From the NCBI GenBank assembly GCA_025558095.1, contig JAIVFI010000055.1, positions 1-17,650 of the forward strand: 17,650 bases of DNA, read 5' to 3'. Source of the stretch: Hyaloraphidium curvatum SAG 235-1. Lineage: Eukaryota; Fungi; Monoblepharomycota. Shown here piece by piece: positions 1 through 11,196 of the stretch; positions within the stretch are counted from its first letter, which is position 1; each line of letters starts with the position of its first letter. A program made the position numbers and the translations under genes. The notes beneath the pieces are model-generated. The model ran no database searches and was not told the origin of the DNA. It saw only the letters and a list, made by a program, of their open reading frames with translations.

Positions 1-1
1 G

Positions 2-2929
<2,928 letters not shown>

Positions 2930-2998
2930 TCGGAGCACATTCACCGGAGCAGCGTACCCGATCGGCGGGAAGCCTCCATTGTACCACACGCCACGACG

Positions 2999-4896
2999 CT
3001 ACTGCACCAGCAGCCCGCTCGCCCCCATCTTGCCCACACCCCCCGCCAGCATCGGCCCCCCCCGCCCAGTCCCCCGCGACCCCCTTGCCCGTCCGCAGCA
3101 CGTTCCCAAACACCCCCTCCAGCTCCGCCAGGCATCCCTCCCTGACCTCCATGTGGCTCTTCTTCCCTGACACCCCTTTCGGCCCGCCGTGGTCCTCGAT
3201 CGCGGGGCGCGGGCCGCACCGCAATTCGGTGCCGTCCGGGGCGCGCATGAGCACGGGGAGGTAGCTGTCCCCCTCGTCGCGGGTCATCGGCCCCGCATGC
3301 GCGGGCGCGCACCGCCACGCACCGGGCGGATCGGGCGGCCACACGGCGAGCGGGGCGCGGCCCGCCGCGCCCGAGAGCAGGAAGTTGGCGGCCAGGTCCT
3401 CGCAGTTCTTTGCCCGCTCCGCCACGGCGCGCGCGGGAAAGGGGAGCGCGCACGAGTGGAGGAAGAGGAGGTCCGAGGGCGCCGCCATGGCCTTTGTGAG
3501 CACCATCGAGTAGCCCTCCCCGAGATCGGCCCGCGTCCACTTGTACGACCACCCGCCCTCCTTCCCGCGCACGGCATGGCGGGGGTAGTACCCCGCCAGC
3601 CTGTCTCCATCCGCGCGCCAAGCGCGGAGCAGCGCGCTCACTGCCCCGTGGGAGAGGAGCATGTCGTCGTCGAGCACGAGGATGCCGCGGGGAAGTGAGG
3701 GCAGGGGGAGGAAGCGGTCGTTGAACGAGTCCCTCGACGGGGGGACCACGTGCACGGATGCCTGCTTTCGGCCGTTGCGGGGGTGGAGGTGGAACGGCCA
3801 ATGGGGGGGTAGCGACCGTGCGGCGTCCTGCGTGCGGTTGTCCAGCCACAGGAGGTAAACGGATTCGGCGTCGGGGTGCAGGGCGTAATGCCGCACGAGG
3901 AGCGCGACTTCCTCCAGGGGGCGGGAGAAGGTGCTGATGAGGAAGGCGGCGCGGGCTTCGGCGTCGTCCGAGTCGGGGGAGGGGGGCACGAAGGAGGCGG
4001 GAAACGGCCAGCTCGGCGGGTCGGTGCCCGCCGAGGGGGTTGGGAGGCCGAAGAGCGCGTCGCACCGCGGCCGCACGGCGTCCCAATCCGCCGCTTCCTC
4101 GCGAGAGACCAGGCCCGCGGCCAGCCGCGAGGCGTGCAGGGTGCGCCGCCAGAGCCACCACGCAGCGGGGTCGAACGACTCCCGCCAGCGCAGCTTTTCC
4201 CGGCGCGGCCCGGCGCGGAAGAAGTCCCAGGGCCGGGAGGGCCCGTCAAAGTGCAGCACCGCCGCGCGGGGGGCGAGAGATTTGTAGGCGGGCAGGCGGG
4301 CCAGGGACGCGCGCACGTGGAAGCGCTGCGGCAGGCGGAGCCAGGTGCCCGGCGCCGACGCGTTGCCCGCGGCAAAGTACCCGGCCAGGAGGTCCGCGAA
4401 AGGGGCCGAGGGGGTTTCCGCTGCCCGCCGCACCAGCGCGTCGCGGACTGCCGGATCGGGGCGCAAAACAAGCACGCCGGGGTCGATCGCATCGCCGTCG
4501 CCCGGCAGCGAGGGTCGCGAAAAGCGCGTTCCGCGGGGCATTATTGCCAAAATCCAACAGCTCGCAGGCGGCGGGCCGTGCCAACGCGCCGGCGGGAAGC
4601 AGCGCGACGGAGCGGTGTGCGAGCCCCCACGCGTCCAGCGCCGCGCGCCCGCAGTCCGCGCCCCCTTCCGGCCGCAGCATGACGAGCGGGGCATTACACG
4701 AGCGCAGGGAGTGTTGCAGCGCCGCCAGCGGGTCGTCGTCGCCCGGCCCGCAACGCACCGCCGCGAACGCGGAACGGCCTGCTGGAGCGCCCCGCGGCGA
4801 CCCGGACGCGTCGGGACTCGCCAGCCGCAGCGCCCAGAACGCGCAGAAAAAAAGGACCAGTGCGGACGCGGCCAAGCGCGACCGCGTGCCCGCCAT
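2999..4896 (-). CDS. Type II membrane bipartite glycosyltransferase: signal anchor + degenerate GT8-like domain + GT64 domain, paralogue B; apparent +1 frameshifts at ~4513 and ~3060
   Basis: ATG at 4896 gives MAGTRSRLAASALVLFFCAFWALRL (signal anchor). The frame changes at GGG 4512-4514 (NALFAT/SLPGDGDAIDPGVLVLRP, gap-free against paralogue A if one base is removed). Motifs: LHFDGPSRPW (GT8-like), SFNDRFLP, ILVLDDDML, YSMVLTK, NCEDLAANFL, HMEVREGCLAELEGVFG (GT64). Removing one base from the C8 run 3056-3063 gives ...DWAGGPMLAGGVGKMGASGLLVQ* (TAG 3001-2999), which resembles paralogue A's end and removes the 2850-2929 overlap. Confidence 0.8.
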
Positions 4897-4989
4897 CCGC
4901 GCAGGAGCGGGACTACGGTTCGCCCAGCCCGCCCAGAGTGCCAAGGGATCAAGATTCGTCGCCGATCAGCAGCCTCGCGTACAGCGAAT

Positions 4990-6285
4990 CTACGCGATGC
5001 CGGCGCCCGCTGCCTTCTTCCCGCGACCATCAGCCCGGGACCGGGCGCGATCGGTCCACACGCGCGACCCGGGCTGCCGATCCCGCTCGACCACGGTCCC
5101 GGACACCGCTGCCGGCGCAGGAACGAGCTCTCCGCCGCCGAGCCGGGGGACAAAGCTGCACGCGGGGAGCGCGTCCGCTCCCGAAGCGCGCCGAGACCAG
5201 GTCCATGCCTTGCATCGGGGCCAGTCCGACGCGCACGCTGCGGCGCACGCGTCCGGCGAGGCCTCGGGGCCCAGGTAGTCCGGCACAGAGGCCGCGCGCC
5301 TGACGGCGGCTTCGTATGCCACTCCGTCCGTCCTCCCTCCCTGCACGACCTCCGTCCCCGCCTCGGCACCGCGCCGGTATCCGCCGAGCGAGAAGGCGAA
5401 CCAGTCCCTCTCGACGCCGTTCAGCGTCGTCCTCACCGCGGCCGACATCGCGACCGTGTGGTTCAGGGTCGACCCCGGGTATGGATCCGTGGCCACCAGC
5501 GCCGGCCAGAGCGCATGGCACCGTCCCGGGAACGCCTTGAGCACGGCCTCGAACCCGCCGACGTCCAGGGGCTCCCTGCCCGCCGCCATCCCCGCGGAGG
5601 CGGCTGCCGCGGCGCCGCGGCGGAAGCCGACGGCGTGGGCGCCGAACACGCGGGCGGGCTGCACGAGGCCGCGCTCGGCGGCGAGGGTGGCGTTGATTCC
5701 CGGGTCGTGCATCAGCGTCGCGCCGAGCCAGATGGCCTGCCAGTCCGCGGGCACGCGGCGCACGGAGGCGTCGAAGGCGCGGGGAAAGTCGGCGTGGAGC
5801 ACCGCGTCGTCCTCCAATATGAGCACGCTCGGCCCGTCCGGGGTCGAGACAGTGGCGTTCCCCACGGCGCCGAGCAGCCATCTCATGGAAGCCCACAGCG
5901 CCCACACGCCCGGCGTCCGTTCCTTTTCCGCGGCCATCTCGCCGCAGCGTTCCCGCGCCTCCGGATCGGTGAGGCCGTCGCGGGCGGCGATCACCGCGTG
6001 CGGGGCCCCCAAGGCGGAAAGCTGCGCCGAGACGGCGAGCGCCCGCCGGGACAGCCGATCAAGTCCGATCACGAGGACCAGATCGAAGACGTGCCCCAAA
6101 GTGCAGACTTCTGGCGGCCGAGGGCATCCTGCCGCGGCGGGATGGGGGACGGCGCGGAGAAGGGACGGCACGCGGTCCAGAGGCACGAATCCCGGCTGCA
6201 TGGTGCCGCCCCGCGACGACAGCAGGTCCGCAACAAACAGGACGGCCGCGACGAGGACCGCGGCGCGCCGGAAGCCGCGGCGCAT
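4990..6285 (-). CDS. Glycosyltransferase family 25 (GT25) protein with N-terminal signal anchor and C-terminal PAN/apple domain (431 aa)
   Basis: MRRGFRRAAVLVAAVLFVA anchor. GT25 pattern: VLVIGLDRLSRR, VIAARDG, GVWALWASM, VLILEDDA, DWQAIWLG, FGAHAV. C-terminal DACAAACASDWPRCKAWTW...CSF...AVSG fits the PAN/apple cysteine pattern. Confidence 0.8.
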   Translation of the reverse strand: MRRGFRRAAVLVAAVLFVADLLSSRGGTMQPGFVPLDRVPSLLRAVPHPAAAGCPRPPEVCTLGHVFDLVLVIGLDRLSRRALAVSAQLSALGAPHAVIAARDGLTDPEARERCGEMAAEKERTPGVWALWASMRWLLGAVGNATVSTPDGPSVLILEDDAVLHADFPRAFDASVRRVPADWQAIWLGATLMHDPGINATLAAERGLVQPARVFGAHAVGFRRGAAAAASAGMAAGREPLDVGGFEAVLKAFPGRCHALWPALVATDPYPGSTLNHTVAMSAAVRTTLNGVERDWFAFSLGGYRRGAEAGTEVVQGGRTDGVAYEAAVRRAASVPDYLGPEASPDACAAACASDWPRCKAWTWSRRASGADALPACSFVPRLGGGELVPAPAAVSGTVVERDRQPGSRVWTDRARSRADGRGKKAAGAGIA

Positions 6286-6340
6286 GCCGGCATCCAGGGG
6301 ATTTCAAGGGATTGCGGGACGGCCGACGCGTCGAATTAGG
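6286..6340. promoter_or_regulatory. 55-bp divergent intergenic region between GT25 and GT34 start codons (putative bidirectional promoter)
   Basis: Head-to-head ATGs at 6285(-) and 6341(+), each immediately followed by a signal anchor; locally A/T-richer; contains palindrome CGACGCGTCG (6324-6333). Confidence 0.5.
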
Positions 6341-7390
6341 ATGGGCGTCCCATTGCCGCGGCCCGGGGTGCGCCTCGTGGCGCCGGTTGTGCTGGTGGCG
6401 CTGCTCGCGTACCGGCGGTGGGACGATTGGGAGCCGCCCGCCGCGCCGCCGCGGAACCCACGCGTCGCAATCGTCACGGCCTTTGTCGGAACGGCGTTGG
6501 CGCCGCTGGCCGCAGTCTCGCGCCCGTTCAAGGAGCGCCACGCGGCCCGCAACGACTACTCGCTGTTTGACGCGGCGTCGCCGTCCTTCGCCTCCGAGTT
6601 CGGCCCCGACGCGTCCGCCTTCGAGCCGCCCCCTCCCTCGGCCGCCTCGACGATGGAAGGGCTGGACGCCATCTACGCAGCCCGCCGGCGCATTAAATTG
6701 CGTTCCCTGCGCGCCGTCCTGGCCTCGGGCCGGTTCGACTGGGTCGCCTGGACCGACGCCGACCACGCCTTCCTCAAACCCTCCTTCTCCTTTTCCGCCG
6801 CCGGGCTGCTCGACCCCCGCTGGGACCTCGTCCTCCCCTCCGCCTCGCACCATTCCGCAAAATGGCACGGCATCCCCAACCTCGGCTTCACCCTCCTCCG
6901 CCGCGACCCTTGGACCCTCTCCCTCCTCGACGCCCTCCTCGACATGTCCTCCCGCCCGTGCAACCGCACCGCGCTCGCCGGCACCCGCGCCAACGGCTGG
7001 CTCGAACTGTGCACGCAAGAGGGGAGGTACTGGCTCGGCGACCAGGGCCTGCTAATGGCGTACCTCGCGCTGCACCCCGGGGAAGCGTGCCGCGCGAGGA
7101 GGATACCCATCCGCGCGGCGGGGGGGCTGTGGCCCTGCGTGAAGCCCGGGGATCCGGCCGTGCATTTCGCGGGGGCAAAGGATCCGGGGAAGGCGGTGCG
7201 GATGCTGCACGCGCTCGATGCGCACGCGCGGAGGGATCCGGAGGGGGGTGTGCCGGGTGGGGGGGCGGGGGAGATGGGGGAGGCCAAGGCAGCGTGGGAA
7301 AAGGGGGAGTGCGAGGGGGCGGAGGACACTTCCGAGGTGCGGGCGAGGATGGAGGCGGATTGGCCGCCGTGCGACGGACGGAGACGATAG
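6341..7390 (+). CDS. GT34 (GMA12/MNN10-like galactosyl/mannosyl/xylosyltransferase family) type II membrane protein (349 aa)
   Basis: ATG at 6341 lies within ORF 5456..7390. Hydrophobic anchor LVAPVVLVALLAY. Motifs RVAIVT, KERHAARNDY, K...FDWVAWTDAD (DxD), NLGFTLLRR, DQGLL, PGDPAVHFAG. Confidence 0.82.
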   Translation: MGVPLPRPGVRLVAPVVLVALLAYRRWDDWEPPAAPPRNPRVAIVTAFVGTALAPLAAVSRPFKERHAARNDYSLFDAASPSFASEFGPDASAFEPPPPSAASTMEGLDAIYAARRRIKLRSLRAVLASGRFDWVAWTDADHAFLKPSFSFSAAGLLDPRWDLVLPSASHHSAKWHGIPNLGFTLLRRDPWTLSLLDALLDMSSRPCNRTALAGTRANGWLELCTQEGRYWLGDQGLLMAYLALHPGEACRARRIPIRAAGGLWPCVKPGDPAVHFAGAKDPGKAVRMLHALDAHARRDPEGGVPGGGAGEMGEAKAAWEKGECEGAEDTSEVRARMEADWPPCDGRRR

Positions 7391-7477
7391 TGTGTCACAA
7401 TAAGCGGGCCGGGCAACCCGCTTCTTTTGGCCGGCCCGATCTTCCACGGCCGAGCAATCGCCGTCATGCCCGCTTGC

Positions 7478-8137
7478 CTAGAGGCTGGCGGTTCCGGTGT
7501 CCCCCGCCTGCTGCGGCGCGAACGGATCGCCCTCCCCCCCCGTATGGCACACGCACAGGAAGTACTTGCACACCAGGCAGTTTGCGCACCAGGTCGGGTA
7601 CCTCCTCGCCACATCCAGCGCCGCCTCGATGTCCGGATGCAAATAGAGCACCGCGACGCCGGCAACGGAAACCCCGGCACCCTCCAGCGCCCCCAGCACC
7701 GCGTGCACCTGCGCGCCCCCTCCGATCCACTCGTCGACCACGAGCGCGCGGGTGCCGCGGGGCAGCAGGTCCGCGCGCATCTCGAAGGACTTGCGCGCGC
7801 CGTCGTAGTCGTCGAACTCGGCCGAGCGCAACAATCGGGACGCGTCGAGGGGGAGCTTGCCGGCCTTGCGGGCGACCACCAGGCCGCGTCCAGCACGGGC
7901 TGCGACGGCGCCCCCCAGCACGAATCCCAGAGCGTCGAGGGCGACGACGGCGTCGAACTCCTCCTGCGGGAACCGCGCCAATATCGCGCCGCACAGGTCC
8001 GCGAGCGCCGACGCGTCGGCAAAGACTGGCGAAACGTCGTACCGCGGCCGCGCGGATTGGTCGACCAGGCGCAGAGGGCCGGAGCGCGATTCAGGCCGCG
8101 GCGTGGCGAGGATGTCGAGGACGGCGGGCGGGGCCAT
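7478..8137 (-). CDS. Adenine phosphoribosyltransferase-like type I PRTase (atypical PRPP loop, Cys-rich C-terminus), 219 aa
   Basis: DVSPVFAD, DAVVALDALGFVLG, ARKAGKLP, RALVVDEWIGGGAQ (PRPP-loop position), AGVSVAGVAVL. Start placed at ATG 8137 (MAPPAVL); an upstream in-frame ATG exists at 8236. Confidence 0.8.
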   Translation of the reverse strand: MAPPAVLDILATPRPESRSGPLRLVDQSARPRYDVSPVFADASALADLCGAILARFPQEEFDAVVALDALGFVLGGAVAARAGRGLVVARKAGKLPLDASRLLRSAEFDDYDGARKSFEMRADLLPRGTRALVVDEWIGGGAQVHAVLGALEGAGVSVAGVAVLYLHPDIEAALDVARRYPTWCANCLVCKYFLCVCHTGGEGDPFAPQQAGDTGTASL

Positions 8138-8404
8138 CGCCGGCGTGCGGGATGGCACCAAGAGAGCTCGAGCGCGCGAACGAACCCCATGCTGTGCCCC
8201 TCCGGCGAATCGCGGACGGGCACCAGGATCATCCATAGAGGCTCGGAAGCTTGCTCAGACGCCGCTTAGTCGTGTCCAGGGGTCGCCAAGTCTGCGCGAG
8301 GGACGAGGCGGCGGCAAAACCACAGCTCGTCCCCACCGAGTTTCTTGCGAGTGCCCGCCCGCAACGCCCACTTCTGCATCGCCCCGGCGGCGCCTCCCCT
8401 CGCC

Positions 8405-9823
8405 ATGGTCAGCGCGGCAACAGCATTCGATCTTATCGACACGGACAATGACGGTGAGCGCGCGCGCCGCGCCGCCGCCACCCGGGGCGCCAAGATGCCC
8501 CGCCGCAGGGACACTTTCTGTCGACGAGTTTGTCTCGGCTGGCCTGCTGGCCTTCAAGGGGCTCAACGAGGACGGGCTGCGCGAGATGTTCCGCGCCGCA
8601 GACGGGGACGGCTCGGGCTCGCTTAGCCGCGACGAGTTCGTCCGGCTCGCCGCGGACTACGAGGCGGCGCAAGGCGGCGGCGCGGGGTTCGCGAACGGGT
8701 TCACGGCGCTCGCGGACCTGCCCAACGTGTTTGCCTCGCTGGACCGCGACCGCAACGGAACGCTGGACCTGGAGGAATTCTGCACGGCCCTGCGGCTCTT
8801 CAACTGCTCCGAGACCGACGCCGAGATGGAGGCCATGTTCCGCGCCGCGGACGAGGACGGTTCCGGAACGGTGACCTACGCCGAGTTTGCCAAGCTCGTC
8901 CGCGGGTCATCGGTGGTCAAGAAGCTGTCGCAGAAGGTGGTCGCGAGCAACGTGGAGCTGGAGGCGGTGCACCGCAGCATGGCGGCCTGCGAGAGCGTGA
9001 TCGATCCCCTCGCTATGGACGTGCTCCGGTTCTGGTTTCCGCCCACGCTGTCGGAGTGCCTGAATCTGTGGTGCGTGGTTCCGTCGCGATTCTGATCGAT
9101 CCCGTGATCCTAACGCAGCGTGGGCTCAACGTCACCAGGTTCGGGAAGGACCCCGAGACGGACAAAACCATCGAGCAGCGGTTCGGCAGCGCCGTCCGCG
9201 ACGCGCGCGTCGGCAAGCTGGACTCGTGGATCAACTCGCCCCTGGAGACCGTCGCCCTCCTCATCCTCCTCGACCAGTTCTCCCGCAACATCTTCCGCCA
9301 CTCCGCCGAGACCTTCAGCTGCGACCCGATGGCGCTCAGCGTCGTCACCCGCTCCCTGTACTACGGCTATCCCAGCAAGATGTCCAAGCTCGAGGCCGTC
9401 TTCTTCGCCCTCGTACTGACTCATTCGGAGAACCTTCATCATCAGCAGCTCTGCATCGAGATGTGGGAGGGCATCGTGGCCGCGCTGCCGAAGGACGACC
9501 CGCTCCGGAAGTTCGACACGATCTTTCTGAAGCACCTCCAGGTGATCGAGCGGTTCGGGAGGTTCCCGCACCGCAACGAGGTGCTCGGCCGGGACAGCAC
9601 CGCGGAAGAGGTCGAGTTCCTCGGGGATCCTTCTTACCGGTGCGTTACCGGCCGCTCGGCGCGAGAACGACGTGGCTGAGCCCGCACAAGGTTTGACCTC
9701 CCGATGAAAGCGGACGGGCGAGGATTCCAGGAGACGCAAACGTTCAACGACACGGCCAAGAAGCGCAAGTTGAAGGAAATGGTCGATGCCGCGCAACTGG
9801 ATGGCCCGGATGGAGCTGATTGA
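8405..9823 (+). CDS. Four-exon calmodulin-like (4 EF-hand) - DUF924 fusion protein, 414 aa; exons 8405-8453, 8509-9070, 9139-9639, 9691-9823
   Basis: Splicing three GT-AG introns gives one 1245-nt ORF. EF loops: DTDNDGTLSVDE (formed across intron 1), DGDGSGSLSRDE, DRDRNGTLDLEE, DEDGSGTVTYAE. DUF924 motifs: VLRFWF, LWFGKD..D..I..RFG (formed across intron 2), ILLDQFSRNIFR, LTHSENL, HLQVIERFGRFPHRNEVLGRDSTAEEVEFL. Confidence 0.88.
8454..8508 (+). other. Spliceosomal intron 1 of EF-hand/DUF924 gene (55 nt)
   Basis: GTGAGC...CCGCAG; removal completes a canonical EF-hand loop. Confidence 0.85.
9071..9138 (+). other. Spliceosomal intron 2 of EF-hand/DUF924 gene (68 nt)
   Basis: GTGCGT...CACCAG; removal joins ORFs 7857..9095 and 9056..9679 and restores the DUF924 WF motif. 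Confidence 0.85.
9640..9690 (+). other. Spliceosomal intron 3 of EF-hand/DUF924 gene (51 nt)
   Basis: GTGCGT...GCTGAG (branch-like)...ACAAG; contains the TGA that ends ORF 9056..9679. Removal gives YRFDLPMKADG...GAD*. Confidence 0.72.
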
Positions 9824-10356
9824 TGTGCTGGACGTGTGCGGGGCTTTCCCGAGGTCGAATCGGATCTACTTCGGTTCAATGCAAAACAGACTAATCAACG
9901 AGGCTTCGTTTCGACGAGCCCTCCTCTTTGAGGGCACGAAGCTGATTGGGACGATGCGTTTGAGGCACCCCTTCGAGTTCAATTCATTCGCCTTCGAGGC
10001 CATGGTCTGGCTGGTCAGGTCTGGTCTGGTATTTCCGTCGGCGGATCGCGCCAAAGTGATGTGTCCGCCGTCAGTTGCTCTCCGTCAACCCACTCCGCCA
10101 TCGCCGCTTGGCGACTCAGAGCTTTGATACTGTATAAGAGCTCTTGATCGGGCTTTTTCTTGCGCATCTTCGACCCATTTCCGATTCCAACAAGGGAGGC
10201 GTTCATCCTCCAGCCTTTTTCGAAAGATCCTGCCACGTCGTATTGTTAAGGCGGGCGACCATGTGCGCCCAACTGTCGTTATAGGTGGTCGATGAGCACC
10301 GGTGCTCCTTCGGTCGGCACCGTTGGGCGCGCTCCGTGCCTCCCGGCACAGCGCAG

Positions 10357-11196
10357 CTAGACCCCCGCCCTGTAGACCGCCCTGCAGATCGGGCAGGTAC
10401 CCGACGGCCCCTTCGGCATGGCTTCCATCGCGACGGCGTCGCCAGCCATGCAGCAGCATTTGTCGTCGGTCGGCGCGCCGAGTGCGGTGCCCGCGGCCGA
10501 CGAGGCTGCGTCTTCGGCAGCGTGGCACACCTCGAGCGTCCCCGATGCTGGAGCGGAACTGGTCAGATCCACTTTACCGTCCGTCGGAATGTCGACGACC
10601 GTGTGCGCGCCGGAATCCGGCGCGTCTTCCGTAGGTGCCTCCCCTCCGGGCGCCTGGGCGGCGGGCGCGGAATCACCGCTCCCCGCCCCCGGCGCGCCGC
10701 ACATCCACGCCTCGAGGCACGCGGCATGAAACGCGTGTCCGCACGCCGCAAGGGTCCGCAGCTCCCGCTGCTGGTTGCCTTCCGCCGACGGGACGGCCAC
10801 CAGGGGCTGCAGGCAGCACGCGCAGTCCCCATCGGTCCCGCGCCCAAACGGCGGTTCCGTACCGGGCATCCAGCGCGGTGCCACGGTGTCCAGCTGCGCA
10901 GCAGATAGGCGGGCACTCGCCGCATGCGCCGCCGGGGTGCGCCAAGCCGCAAGGCTGAGCCCTATCGAGGAGTCCGCCGCGGCGCCGGGATCAGCCCCGC
11001 CGCGCCACGCGCCCGACGGCCATTCGGCAAAGTACGTGCAGAAGCAGATAACGAGCAGCGGCGCTGCGAAGGCGAGCAGGAAGATTGCGGGGGTGTCGAT
11101 GCCTCCGGATGCCGCCGCGCCCGGCGTGGGGGTCGCCGTCGCGCGCCCCGCCGCCGTCGCCGTCGCGGCAAAAAGCGCTGCGGTGCTCGTCGTCAT
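10357..11196 (-). CDS. Transmembrane RING-H2 zinc-finger protein (ATL-like architecture, putative E3 ubiquitin ligase), 279 aa
   Basis: TM segment AIFLLAFAAPLLVICFCTYFA; LSAAQLDTV (GLD-like motif); CACCL...LRTLAACGHAFHAACLEAW...TCPICR. Start placed at ATG 11196; the ORF extends further 5' without convincing coding character. Confidence 0.8.
   Translation of the reverse strand: MTTSTAALFAATATAAGRATATPTPGAAASGGIDTPAIFLLAFAAPLLVICFCTYFAEWPSGAWRGGADPGAAADSSIGLSLAAWRTPAAHAASARLSAAQLDTVAPRWMPGTEPPFGRGTDGDCACCLQPLVAVPSAEGNQQRELRTLAACGHAFHAACLEAWMCGAPGAGSGDSAPAAQAPGGEAPTEDAPDSGAHTVVDIPTDGKVDLTSSAPASGTLEVCHAAEDAASSAAGTALGAPTDDKCCCMAGDAVAMEAMPKGPSGTCPICRAVYRAGV

Noticed and set aside
5456-6340. 295-aa N-terminal extension of the GT34 ORF, and 664-aa ORF 4345..6339
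   Set aside because: Antisense to the GT25 gene; stop-poor shadow frames in high-GC DNA. The GT34 signal anchor follows ATG 6341.
9786-10236. Short ORFs (113, 62, 73 aa) between the DUF924 and RING genes
   Set aside because: Lower GC, no G/C third-position bias, no recognisable motifs; likely UTR or intergenic.
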